Assembly (NCBI GenBank): GCA_903821715.1
Contig: CAIJMB010000004.1
Coordinates: 1 to 33,263 of the forward strand
Origin: an uncultured Flavobacteriales bacterium
GTDB taxonomy: Bacteria > Bacteroidota > Bacteroidia > Flavobacteriales > Schleiferiaceae
Length of the DNA stretch: 33,263 bases
Direction of reading: 5' to 3'
Position 1 is the stretch's first letter. Each line of letters begins with the position of its first letter. A program made the position numbers and the translations under genes. Shown here one piece after another: positions 1-8,794 of the stretch. Below the pieces are notes generated by a model. That model saw only the letters and a program-made list of their open reading frames with translations, made no database searches and was not told where the DNA came from.

Positions 1-600
1 AGTCTGAACCACGTAGTGACGAATCAAATGGAAGGCCACCGGGCCGTCGTAGTTATTTGAGTATGATACAGTGGGCTGAAGCAACTGCGGAACGGCAACA
101 CCCATTTGAAAGTTTTCAACCTTGAGGTTGATACCCGCATTGAGGTCGAGTGAACCGTTCGTGTTGGACGGAAACAGAAAAGGATCACCCTCGTTTTTCA
201 CGCGAATGCTCGCCATGTCGAACGTATTGTTCACATAACCTGCCCCCAAACCAAAGCTCAAAATTGCATTTTCAGACAGTTGAGCGTGGTACGCATAGTG
301 ACCATAGATACCTGAACGACGCACAATATCGGTGGCATCAGTAAAGGCGTACACTGAGTAGCCAACGCGCTCTTTGTTCGTTGCTCCATTAAACAGCAAC
401 GCTGAAGTTTCGGGCGCACCCTCCATGCCCTGCCACTGCTGGCGGTGCATCGTAACGAGCTCGCTGAAACCTGCGGCTCCGCTTTTGGCGGGGTTCACCA
501 TTGCTTGAGCGAAAAATAAATGGCTGTACAGCGGGAGCTGCTGGGCCGCGATCGTGCCCGAACAACCGAGTACTGCAGAAAAGAGAATAATCTTCTTCAT
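1..600 (-). CDS. PorP/SprF-family type IX secretion membrane protein; C-terminus lies beyond the window edge
   Basis: Absent from the ORF track because no stop codon lies in the window. Hand translation of the reverse strand from the ATG at 600-598 gives 200 open codons: MKKIILFSAVLGCSGTIAAQQLPLYSHLFFAQAMVNPAKSGAAGFSELVTMHRQQWQGMEGAPETSALLFNG...IRHYVVQT. A signal peptide followed by QQxPxYS...NPA..G and R.QW.G..GAP.T is the N-terminal pattern I recognise for PorP/SprF. The gene starts 19 nt downstream of a type-B CTD cargo gene. Confidence 0.85.
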   Translation of the reverse strand, partial: MKKIILFSAVLGCSGTIAAQQLPLYSHLFFAQAMVNPAKSGAAGFSELVTMHRQQWQGMEGAPETSALLFNGATNKERVGYSVYAFTDATDIVRRSGIYGHYAYHAQLSENAILSFGLGAGYVNNTFDMASIRVKNEGDPFLFPSNTNGSLDLNAGINLKVENFQMGVAVPQLLQPTVSYSNNYDGPVAFHLIRHYVVQT

Positions 601-619
601 AAAAATGGAGCGTAAAAGG

Positions 620-2683
620 TTAAGGACGAACTACGGTAATGGCTCCGCGGAAGCGGATAATGTCGTCGCACACAAGCAAGTAGTAGTAGGTTCCGTCGGG
701 AAGTGGATCTCCGCCTTGGGTCGAACCATCCCAGCCTGAAGTATAGCGCTTTTGTTCAAAGACTTGGGCACCCCAACGGTCAAGTACTAAGAGGTCACAA
801 CTGTCAGCGCGAACGAGCTCACTGAGGTCAAATACATCATTGTATCCATCACCATTGGGCGTAATCACGTTCATCACATTACTGAGGTCCGGAACGAGTG
901 TGGCAGGGTCAAACGTGTAGACGAACATTGTATCAGTGTCGAAGCAACCGTATGAATTGAGCACTTCAACCACGTACATCGTTGTGTCTTGGGTCGGAAC
1001 CGTCTGAGCATTGGGGTTGTACGTATCGCTGAAGTAGGTTGGAACGTCGGCGTACCAGTAGTACAAAAATCCGCCAGTCGCATTGAGCTGTACGGTCGAA
1101 CCTGGAAGAACCGTTTGGTCGGGACCCGCGTTGGCGTTTACCGTAAAATAGAAGACTTCAAGCGTGTCGTAGTTTATACAACCGTTTGAATTGGTTCCGG
1201 CCACAACATACACTCCAGGTGTTTTGGCGTAAAATGATGCGCCGCTGTAGCTTCCACCTGGGAAGGTCCACAAATAGCTCGTGCTACTGCCTGTAACACC
1301 TACGAGCACCGAATCTCCAGCACATAGCGCTAAGGAATCTGCGGGTGCTACTGCAATCGTGGGTAGCTTCACCACGGTAACAAGTAGTTCACTCGTCGTG
1401 TGGGTACAGTAATCGTTGTCGATAATGAGACGGTACTCTGCACTTCCTGATACAATCGCAGTTGACACGGTGAGCTTGTCGGATGTCTCATTCGGGATTG
1501 ATGTCCAGTTGCCACTACCCGCAGGGAATCGAACTTGCCACTGGAATTCCCATGAACTTTGGGATACGATGGCTGCGAGTTGGGTCGAGTCATTTTCGCA
1601 AATAGTGAGCGCCGCAGTAGTCTGACCCGGCCACGCTACGGCCTGTATCTCTGTGTCGGGAATGGAGTCAACAAACAGCCAAAATGCATCACTCGTGTCA
1701 GGACAACCCCCAGGAAGCCATACAGTCTCTAGGTAGTATACCCCACCTTCATTGGTACTCAAGCTTACTTGTTTGGCATTTTTAACGGGCACCACAAATG
1801 TTTGCCCAAAGAGTCCAATCGAATCACGGAGCCACTGGTACAGTACCGAAGTTCCTGCAGAAGATGAATTAGGACCCTGAAGTTGAATGAACTCGGTATC
1901 GCAAAAACCAACAGAGTCGATGAGCGAATTCTTGTCCAAAACCTCTATCGTCTGCATTGTTCCCGGCTTGTGAATGACCGTGGTGCTGGGCTGAAAAAGA
2001 TTGACAATGGTGTCTTCGGTGGTTTTGGTGCACACACCATTACTTACCTCTACCGTGTAGGTACCCGAATTGAACACAAGTAGCGAATCGCTCGTTTGAC
2101 CCGGCATCAACGTACCGTCTTTAAACCACTGATAACCATTCTGGCCGCTGTTGGCAAAAAGGGTTACGGTATCATTGGCACAAAATCCCCAATCCTGAAC
2201 ACCCGTATGGAGATTATTAAACCCTCCTGAAATAGAAGTAATTACTGCAGGAGGACTTACGTTCACAATCATTTGAATGGTATCACTCCACAACGACGGA
2301 TTCGAACTTTTTACCGTGATCGAATAGAAACCACTTGCGGTAATAGACTCTGGAATGACCACCCAGATGTACTTGGATCCGACGGAATTTGTATCGGTTC
2401 CCACGGGTAAGGGCAAATAAGATTGAAATTCAGTGATCGGAAGTGTGTCAGAGTTGGCCACGGTGAATGAACTAGGCATTCCAGGGGCAATCCATACACG
2501 CAACCTATTGGTTGCGGCGAGGGCGTTTCCGGTAATTCCTAAATCAAGCCGAAGTGTATCACCGGTGCATTTCGAAAGGTTAGGAGTTTGAACAAGCGAC
2601 AGTGATTGACCAAACAAGGATGGAGTTGATAAGACTCCTGCAATGAACGCGGTGAGAATACGGATGCGGAGATTCATGAGCAT
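620..2683 (-). CDS. Secreted cell-surface protein with repeated Ig-like modules and a T9SS type-B sorting (gliding-motility-associated C-terminal) domain
   Basis: 687-aa ORF. Signal peptide MLMNLRIRILTAFIAGVLSTPSLFGQ. Repeated ~80-aa modules carry paired Cys (e.g. GFCANDTVTLFANSGQNGYQWFKDG...GTYTVEVSNGVCTKT). The C-terminus NVITPNGDGYNDVFDL...LDRWGAQVF...GTYYYLL matches the TPNGDGxNDxF type-B CTD. An alternative ATG lies at 2677. Confidence 0.85.
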   Translation of the reverse strand: MLMNLRIRILTAFIAGVLSTPSLFGQSLSLVQTPNLSKCTGDTLRLDLGITGNALAATNRLRVWIAPGMPSSFTVANSDTLPITEFQSYLPLPVGTDTNSVGSKYIWVVIPESITASGFYSITVKSSNPSLWSDTIQMIVNVSPPAVITSISGGFNNLHTGVQDWGFCANDTVTLFANSGQNGYQWFKDGTLMPGQTSDSLLVFNSGTYTVEVSNGVCTKTTEDTIVNLFQPSTTVIHKPGTMQTIEVLDKNSLIDSVGFCDTEFIQLQGPNSSSAGTSVLYQWLRDSIGLFGQTFVVPVKNAKQVSLSTNEGGVYYLETVWLPGGCPDTSDAFWLFVDSIPDTEIQAVAWPGQTTAALTICENDSTQLAAIVSQSSWEFQWQVRFPAGSGNWTSIPNETSDKLTVSTAIVSGSAEYRLIIDNDYCTHTTSELLVTVVKLPTIAVAPADSLALCAGDSVLVGVTGSSTSYLWTFPGGSYSGASFYAKTPGVYVVAGTNSNGCINYDTLEVFYFTVNANAGPDQTVLPGSTVQLNATGGFLYYWYADVPTYFSDTYNPNAQTVPTQDTTMYVVEVLNSYGCFDTDTMFVYTFDPATLVPDLSNVMNVITPNGDGYNDVFDLSELVRADSCDLLVLDRWGAQVFEQKRYTSGWDGSTQGGDPLPDGTYYYLLVCDDIIRFRGAITVVRP

Positions 2684-2702
2684 GTACGTGACAGATATCT
2701 AA

Positions 2703-2710
2703 CAAAGATA
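2703..2710 (-). promoter_or_regulatory. Bacteroidota -7 promoter box (TATCTTTG) for the T9SS cargo/PorP operon
   Basis: The reverse strand reads TATCTTTG, matching TAnnTTTG, 19 nt upstream of the ATG at 2683. It lies in an AT-rich patch and overlaps the inverted repeat ATATCT-N5-AGATAT (2695-2711). Confidence 0.4.
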
Positions 2711-2799
2711 TAACCTTCCCTATTCTGTTCACGTTCGCAGGCTGATGGAGTAGTTCGGAATGTTCCCGCGATGGACTTGGGCGAACGAACGCGAGCAGG

Positions 2800-2807
2800 T
2801 ACCTTCG
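2800..2807 (+). promoter_or_regulatory. Imperfect -7 box (TACCTTCG) 4 nt upstream of the dgkA ATG
   Basis: The sequence reads TACCTTCG-ttga-ATG, with one mismatch to TAnnTTTG. The N4 spacing is the same as in three perfect boxes elsewhere in the window. Confidence 0.3.
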
Positions 2808-2811
2808 TTGA

Positions 2812-3168
2812 ATGGTACGAGCGTTCTACGTGGCATTTCGCGGGCTCCTTATTGCTTGGCGTTCTGAATTGCACTTCAAAGTACACAGCGCCGCGGCGAT
2901 CACAGTCATTGCTATGGGATTAGCGCTCAATGTTTCAACTATCGAATGGGCAATCCTTGTATTGACTATCGGCTTTGTGTTTGCCGCAGAGTATGCGAAC
3001 TCTGCATTGGAACGACTGGGCGACCGCGTTAGCACGGAGTATGACCCACTCATTCGGGATGCAAAGGATTTTGCCGCCGCATCGGTCCTCATCGCAGCAA
3101 TTGCAGCCGCGGTGGTGGGTCTATTGATCCTTGGACCGAAGTTGTGGTCTTATTTCGTTGCGTTATGA
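2812..3168 (+). CDS. dgkA: Diacylglycerol kinase family (DgkA/undecaprenol kinase-like) small membrane protein
   Basis: 118 aa. FRGLLIAWRSELHFKVH...EWAILVLTIGFVFAAEYANSALERLGD...IRDAKDFAAASVLIAAI matches the prokaryotic DAGK family (E..NSA.E and D.AA.AV pattern, 3 TM segments). Confidence 0.85.
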   Translation: MVRAFYVAFRGLLIAWRSELHFKVHSAAAITVIAMGLALNVSTIEWAILVLTIGFVFAAEYANSALERLGDRVSTEYDPLIRDAKDFAAASVLIAAIAAAVVGLLILGPKLWSYFVAL

Positions 3169-3629
3169 ATTGGAACAGTATCAGTGAAGAAGTGCTTCAC
3201 GTCCTTTATTCTGAGGGATGGAGCGGGATTGGCTCCGCCTGCAACGTACTTAAAGAGCGCGTCAATCACTACCAATGGGTTGGCATTTACTGGATGAACG
3301 AGGCCGAACAGATGCTCTATTTGGGACCGTTTTCAGGAGCAGAAACGGAGCATACTCGGATCCCGTATGGTCGCGGAATCTGCGGACAAGTTGCAGTGAG
3401 CGGGGAGTCTTTTGAGGTTCCCGATGTGTGGGCCCAAGACAATTACTTAGCATGCTCGATGGAAACTAAGTCAGAATTGGTGGTTCCTATCTTTCATGGC
3501 ACGCGTCTCATTGGCCAGATTGATATCGACAGTCACTTTTTGAACCCATTTGGCTCAGAGGACCATCGACTACTCGAGAGCATAGCCCATGCAATCGGGA
3601 CTATGCCCGAAGCGGCAACTATTGGTTGA
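3165..3629 (+). CDS. GAF domain protein (free methionine-R-sulfoxide reductase-like)
   Basis: The ORF-track start at 3144 is a GTG. An in-frame ATG at 3165 forms an ATGA overlap with the dgkA stop. WVGIYWMN...LGPFSG..TEHTRIPYGRGICGQVAVSGESFEVPDV...YLACS.ETKSELVVPI...GQIDIDS is the single-GAF-domain fRMsr/YebR-type pattern. Confidence 0.75.
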   Translation: MNWNSISEEVLHVLYSEGWSGIGSACNVLKERVNHYQWVGIYWMNEAEQMLYLGPFSGAETEHTRIPYGRGICGQVAVSGESFEVPDVWAQDNYLACSMETKSELVVPIFHGTRLIGQIDIDSHFLNPFGSEDHRLLESIAHAIGTMPEAATIG

Positions 3630-4869
3630 ACCGAATTGCCTCGACTGGGTCGAGGCGCGCGGCCATTTCTGCGGGGGCGTATCCCGCGATGAGGCCAATC
3701 AAGGCAGACAAGCCAATTCCCGTGACTATGTTTTGAAACGACACCGCGAGTTCAAAATCCGAAACCGCCGCACCGACCGCAATCAAGATACCAGCAAAGG
3801 TCAAACCAATAATTCCGCCTACGAGGCTCAAAAGCACACTTTCAAGCAAGAACTGGGCGAGGATGAAGCCGCGGGTCGCACCCAAAGCCTTTTGAACACC
3901 AATTTGACCTGTGCGCTCGCGAACACTTACAAACATGATGTTGGCGATTCCAAAGCCCCCGACGAGGATGCTGAATCCGCCGATGACCGTCCCCGCAAGA
4001 CCAATTACACCGAACATTTGATCAAGTCCCGAACTCAAGGTGGAGGACTCATTGAGTGCAAAAGAGTCATCTTCTGAAGGGGGTTGACGACGAATCTTTC
4101 GCATGACAAGACGCACATTTTCTTTGAGCTCAGCCACAGAGGTTCCGGACGCGGCACGAACCTGAATGGCCGATCCACCCATCTCATCACCCACATTCGC
4201 CACCACCCAACGGGCAGGTACCAGTACTCGGGCATCGTGGGTTTCACCAACCAATGAACTGCCCTCGCGCTCAAGGACTCCAATCACTTGAAAATCGCGA
4301 CCGAGAATCCGAATGCTGGTGCCGACGAGCTGCGCGCTTGAGGCCAAACCCTCAGCGATATCAGCTCCGACAATGCAGTACGGCAGACCACTGCGCAATT
4401 CGCGTTCGGTAAAGTAGCGCCCACCGACAAAACCAAGTTTATTCAGCTGGGAGTAGTCGTACGTGATTCCCCTGATTTCGGTTTGCTCCACGTTGGAGTT
4501 GCCGGCGCTCACCGTGGTGGTGGTTCCGTTCAAAAGCACAATCGCATCGGAACCCCGAACCCCAAACTCTTCAAGACGTTGGTAGTCGAAGTAGCCAACT
4601 TCAGGGCGCTGGAAGTACTTCCACCATTCGTACTCGCCTCCACCCCCGCCCCAGGGCCACTTTTGGACGTACACTACGTCAGAACCGAGGCCCTGTACGC
4701 TCGAGCGAATACTGCGCTCAAGGCTATCCACCACCGCATACACTGAGATAATGGAGAAAATTCCGACCGCAATTCCGAGGAGTGAAAGGACGGTACGAAG
4801 GATGTTCGCAGTCATGGCTGACCACGCCAAACGGGTAGATTCCCAAATTAGAAAAAATAGGTGGCGCAC
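3619..4869 (-). CDS. ABC transporter permease, FtsX/MacB type (MacB periplasmic core plus FtsX domain); no adjacent ATPase
   Basis: 416 aa with a GTG start. N-terminal LRTVLSLLGIAVGIFSIISV TM helix, a large periplasmic domain, and a C-terminal IANIMFVSVRERTGQIGVQKALGA...LLESVLLSLVGGIIG FtsX signature. Confidence 0.8.
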   Translation of the reverse strand: MRHLFFLIWESTRLAWSAMTANILRTVLSLLGIAVGIFSIISVYAVVDSLERSIRSSVQGLGSDVVYVQKWPWGGGGGEYEWWKYFQRPEVGYFDYQRLEEFGVRGSDAIVLLNGTTTTVSAGNSNVEQTEIRGITYDYSQLNKLGFVGGRYFTERELRSGLPYCIVGADIAEGLASSAQLVGTSIRILGRDFQVIGVLEREGSSLVGETHDARVLVPARWVVANVGDEMGGSAIQVRAASGTSVAELKENVRLVMRKIRRQPPSEDDSFALNESSTLSSGLDQMFGVIGLAGTVIGGFSILVGGFGIANIMFVSVRERTGQIGVQKALGATRGFILAQFLLESVLLSLVGGIIGLTFAGILIAVGAAVSDFELAVSFQNIVTGIGLSALIGLIAGYAPAEMAARLDPVEAIRFNQ

Positions 4870-4906
4870 GGGGGCAATTTAGTCAAAGTTCATGCCATGT
4901 TCGCCG

Positions 4907-4914
4907 TACTTTTG
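4907..4914 (+). promoter_or_regulatory. -7 promoter box (TACTTTTG) upstream of purH
   Basis: Perfect TAnnTTTG match in the 76-nt divergent intergenic region, 31 nt before the purH start. Confidence 0.45.
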
Positions 4915-4945
4915 CAACCTTTCTTGACCCAATTTTCAGTTCGAC

Positions 4946-6457
4946 GTGCAGCAGGTTCAATCCGCCCTTATTTCAGTTTTTCACAAAGACGGCCTCGAGC
5001 CAATTGTACAGCACCTTCATAAGCTTGGGGTGAAAATGTACAGTACGGGCGGAACCCAATCATTCATCGAGAGTTTAGGCGTTCCGGTAACGGCCGTGGA
5101 GACAGTTACGGGATTTCCAAGTATCCTTGATGGTCGCGTTAAAACGCTGCACCCTATGGTCTTTGGCGGAATCCTTTGGCGCCGGGACCGCAAAGACGAC
5201 CAGGACACCGTAGAGCGCTTTGGGATTCCCAGTTTTGATATGGTGATCGTCGACCTCTACCCTTTTGAGGACACCGTAGCCTCAGGGGCATCTGAAGAAG
5301 ACATCATCGAGAAGATTGACATCGGCGGGATTTCGCTGATCCGTGCCGCAGCGAAAAATTTCGACCACTGCTGGATTGTGAGTTCGCGCGCTCAGTACGC
5401 CGAAGTGCTCGAACTCCTTCAGTCCCAAGGCGGAACCTTGACCCGCGAGCAGCGCAAAGCATTTGCCGGCGCTGCCTTTCAGACCAGCCAGAACTACGAT
5501 GCCCACATTGCTTCGTGGACCCTTGGCCAAGACCACCCCTTCCCGACGTTGATGGGTAGCCGCCGCAGCCTTCGCTACGGTGAGAATCCGCACCAAAAGG
5601 CGTGGTACGTCGGCGACCTCACGAGCCGCCTTGAGCAAATTCACGGCAAAGAGCTCAGCTACAACAACCTACTTGACGTCGAAGCGGCTCTTGATTTTGT
5701 CAGCGAAGGCCACGATGCTACGGTCGCCATCATCAAGCACAACAACGCGTGCGGGATGGCAAGCCGCCCAACCGTCCTCGAAGCGTGGAACGACGCACTA
5801 TCCGCTGATCCCGTTTCTGCCTTCGGCGGTGTGATCGCATGCAACCAACCTGTGGACCTCGCGACTGCAGAGGCAATGAACTCGCTCTTTTTTGAAGTGC
5901 TACTGGCCCCGAGCTATAGCGATGAAGCCCTCGAAGTACTTCAGTCGAAAAAGAACCGCATCTTGGTGAAGGTGAAGCCCGAAGCGAGCACACACTTCCG
6001 CGTACGCTGGGTACTCAATGGCGTGCTCATTCAGGAACGCGACCACCATACTGACGCAGCTGAAGACTTGAGCGTCGTAACGAATGTGGTTCCGACCCCC
6101 GAACAAGTGGCCGACATGCTCTACGCTTCGGCAATTGGCAAGCACACCAAGAGCAATACCATTGTACTAGTTAAAAACCGTCAGCTCTTGGCCGCGGGTA
6201 CAGGCCAAACATCGCGTGTAGATGCCCTTCAACAGGCTATTCACAAGGCACAGTCCTTTGGACTTTCACTTGACGGAGCCGTAATGGCGTCTGATGCATT
6301 TTTTCCCTTCCCTGATTGCGTCGAAATTGCGTACTTAGCAGGTATTACCGCGGTCATCCAACCGGGCGGAAGCGTCAAGGATGATTTGAGCGTTCAGTAC
6401 TGCAACGAGCACGGCGTGGCCATGGTAATGACCGGTTTCCGACACTTCAAACACTAA
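4946..6457 (+). CDS. purH: Bifunctional AICAR transformylase / IMP cyclohydrolase
   Basis: 503 aa. N-terminal ALISVFHKDGL...STGGT MGS-like domain, GRVKTLHP, YGENPHQ, and a C-terminal AICARFT domain ending FRHFKH. GTG start. Confidence 0.95.
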   Translation: MQQVQSALISVFHKDGLEPIVQHLHKLGVKMYSTGGTQSFIESLGVPVTAVETVTGFPSILDGRVKTLHPMVFGGILWRRDRKDDQDTVERFGIPSFDMVIVDLYPFEDTVASGASEEDIIEKIDIGGISLIRAAAKNFDHCWIVSSRAQYAEVLELLQSQGGTLTREQRKAFAGAAFQTSQNYDAHIASWTLGQDHPFPTLMGSRRSLRYGENPHQKAWYVGDLTSRLEQIHGKELSYNNLLDVEAALDFVSEGHDATVAIIKHNNACGMASRPTVLEAWNDALSADPVSAFGGVIACNQPVDLATAEAMNSLFFEVLLAPSYSDEALEVLQSKKNRILVKVKPEASTHFRVRWVLNGVLIQERDHHTDAAEDLSVVTNVVPTPEQVADMLYASAIGKHTKSNTIVLVKNRQLLAAGTGQTSRVDALQQAIHKAQSFGLSLDGAVMASDAFFPFPDCVEIAYLAGITAVIQPGGSVKDDLSVQYCNEHGVAMVMTGFRHFKH

Positions 6458-6464
6458 TCCCCGA

Positions 6465-7493
6465 ATGGGTCTATTTGACTTCCTCACCTACGACATCGCC
6501 ATCGACCTCGGTACGGCGAATACGTTGATCATCCACAACGACAAAGTGGTAGTGGACGCACCGTCCATCGTTGCTTTGGACCGGAGTACTAATGCCATTC
6601 TGGCCATTGGTCACGAGGCCATGCAAATGCACGGAAAAACGCACGAGAACATTCGTACCGTTCGACCTTTGAAAGACGGAGTCATTGCGGACTTTGTGGC
6701 TTCAGAGCACATGATTCGCGAAATGATCAAGAGTATTCCGGCGTTGAAGAACAACTGGTTTGCCCCGTCGTTGCGGATGGTCATTTGTATTCCAAGTGGA
6801 ATTACCGAAGTTGAAAAGCGCGCAGTGCGCGATTCCGCAGAACACGCCAACGCCAAAGAAGTCTACCTCATCCACGAGCCCATGGCCGCAGCGATTGGAA
6901 TCGGTGTAGACGTCCTTGAGCCCAAAGGCAATATGATCATCGACATCGGTGGTGGTACCACCGAAATTGCCGTTTTGGCATTAGGCGGAATTGTATGTGA
7001 TAAGTCCATCAAAGTAGCCGGAGATGTGTTTACCAACGACATCGCCTACTACATGCGAACGCAGCACAACCTTTTCGTGGGAGACCGAACGGCGGAACTT
7101 ATCAAAATCAACGTAGGCGCAGCTTTAGAAAACTTGCCTTCGCCGCCAGATGACATGAGCGTACAAGGGCGTGACTTGATTTCTGGCAAGCCGAAGCAAG
7201 TCGATATTTCGTACAAAGAAATCGCTCGTGCATTGGACAAGTCCCTTACGCGCATCGAGGACGCCGTAATGGAAGCCTTGTCCCTTACTCCACCCGAACT
7301 TTCAGCCGACATCTACAACTCGGGGATTTACATGGCTGGAGGCGGCTCACTTCTTCGCGGTTTGGACCAGCGTATTTCGACAAAAACGGATCTACCCGTC
7401 TACGTGGCAGAGGATCCCCTTCGCGCCGTCGTTCGCGGAACCGGCATTGCGCTGAAAAATCTCGAGAAGTACCGTACGCTTTTGATGCGCTAA
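6465..7493 (+). CDS. mreB: Rod shape-determining actin homologue MreB
   Basis: 342 aa. IAIDLGTANTLI, MVICIPSGITEVEKRAV, DIGGGTTEIAV and GIYMAGGGSLLRGLD are canonical MreB motifs. Confidence 0.95.
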   Translation: MGLFDFLTYDIAIDLGTANTLIIHNDKVVVDAPSIVALDRSTNAILAIGHEAMQMHGKTHENIRTVRPLKDGVIADFVASEHMIREMIKSIPALKNNWFAPSLRMVICIPSGITEVEKRAVRDSAEHANAKEVYLIHEPMAAAIGIGVDVLEPKGNMIIDIGGGTTEIAVLALGGIVCDKSIKVAGDVFTNDIAYYMRTQHNLFVGDRTAELIKINVGAALENLPSPPDDMSVQGRDLISGKPKQVDISYKEIARALDKSLTRIEDAVMEALSLTPPELSADIYNSGIYMAGGGSLLRGLDQRISTKTDLPVYVAEDPLRAVVRGTGIALKNLEKYRTLLMR

Positions 7494-7496
7494 GCC

Positions 7497-8288
7497 ATGC
7501 AGAACATTCTGCGGTTTTTTGTTCGCTACCGCATCGTTCTGAGCTTGTTGGTATTCCAAGTTTTGGGACTAAGCTTGACGTACGCCCGTTCATTGGCCCA
7601 TGAAAGTATTTTTTGGGCAAATGTCCTTGAACGCCAAGCTCAATGGCGTGGTTGGTTGCACGGATGGGAGTCGTACCTGGCTCTTGAAGACAAAAACAAG
7701 CAACTCATCGCCGAAATTGCACAAATCAAAAGCAGCATTGCACTGGACTCGTCCACCGCTGCGACCTACCAAGAGGGTGGCTTTGCCTATACTCCAGGGA
7801 GCTTAATTTTTATTGAACACCGATCTGCCGAGCCGTGGGGCATCATTGATATTGGGTCCAATGCGGGATTGACGCCGCCATTCGCCGTATTGGGTTCGAG
7901 CGGAATTATTGGCATTGCGTACGAGTGCACGCCCCATTACGCTCGCGTTCGCCCGCTTAGCCACCCGAGTATGCGAATCTCTGCTTCAGCAGAGCGCACC
8001 GGCCACTTCGGGACCATACAATGGAACGGATCCAACCCGAGAACGGCAGATTTTGTTGACGTTGCCATAGAAGCTGAACTCAAACCCGGCGATCGCATTG
8101 TTACGGATGCACGCTCTAGTGTCTTCCCTGCGGGTTGGCTCGTAGGAACCGTTGAATCGGTCACCGTAGACAGCCTGCAGTTCACGCTTACTGCCACAGT
8201 TCGACTAGCTGCTGACCTACAACGTCAGCAAGTAGTGCTTGCCGCGGTTAATTTGCACTTACCCGAACGAGATAGTATTGAACCATGA
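7497..8288 (+). CDS. mreC: Rod shape-determining protein MreC
   Basis: 263 aa. N-terminal TM helix, a coiled region (LEDKNKQLIAEIAQIK) and a beta-rich C-terminal domain with GDRIVTD...FPAGWLVGTV. Lies 3 nt after mreB. Confidence 0.85.
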   Translation: MQNILRFFVRYRIVLSLLVFQVLGLSLTYARSLAHESIFWANVLERQAQWRGWLHGWESYLALEDKNKQLIAEIAQIKSSIALDSSTAATYQEGGFAYTPGSLIFIEHRSAEPWGIIDIGSNAGLTPPFAVLGSSGIIGIAYECTPHYARVRPLSHPSMRISASAERTGHFGTIQWNGSNPRTADFVDVAIEAELKPGDRIVTDARSSVFPAGWLVGTVESVTVDSLQFTLTATVRLAADLQRQQVVLAAVNLHLPERDSIEP

Positions 8289-8794
8289 CCCGACCCGGAC
8301 CTTGGATCGTTTTTTCATTTTGGGTACTCCTCGCCCAAATATTTTTATTGAGTCAAATAGAAGTAGGCGGTTATTTAAGTCCCTATTTGTATCCACTCAT
8401 ACTGGTTCTGGCACCAGCTAACTTCAATCGACTCGGCCTAGTGGCCATCAGCGCTGTGATTGGCTTGGGCATTGACCTACATGAAGGCAGCGGTGGGCTG
8501 CACCTTATGGCTAGTTCCCTTCTCGCATATGTTCGCCCTTGGATTCTTAACGGGATTGTACCCCGTGCGGCCGAAGAACAGCTTTCCTTTGCTCCCCAAG
8601 ATCTTGGGCTTGGCAAATGGACGACGTTGGTGCTCCTCACAATGGGAATTCACCACTTGTGGCTTTTTGTGTGGGCTAGCCACGGAACCCATATTTTAAG
8701 TCTCGTACTTGGACGAAGCATTCTCAACCTGTTGGTAAGTGCGGCATTGTCCACTGCGGTGGCTTGGTTTATTCCTAAATCCCAAGTGGGATGA
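8285..8794 (+). CDS. mreD: Rod shape-determining protein MreD
   Basis: 169-aa polytopic membrane protein in the canonical position between mreC and PBP2. Its start and stop overlap both neighbours by 4 nt. Confidence 0.7.
   Translation: MTRPGPWIVFSFWVLLAQIFLLSQIEVGGYLSPYLYPLILVLAPANFNRLGLVAISAVIGLGIDLHEGSGGLHLMASSLLAYVRPWILNGIVPRAAEEQLSFAPQDLGLGKWTTLVLLTMGIHHLWLFVWASHGTHILSLVLGRSILNLLVSAALSTAVAWFIPKSQVG

Noticed and set aside
150-739. Plus-strand ORFs 150..344 and 554..739 at the left edge.
   Set aside because: They lie antisense to the PorP/SprF gene and to the CTD of the cargo gene, both of which have clear family signatures.
4870-4945. ZTP (pfl) riboswitch upstream of purH.
   Set aside because: The 76-nt leader contains none of the conserved GGGTCG...CCGCCTGGGC-type elements and is too short to hold the two-domain fold. 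Only a -7 promoter box is evident.
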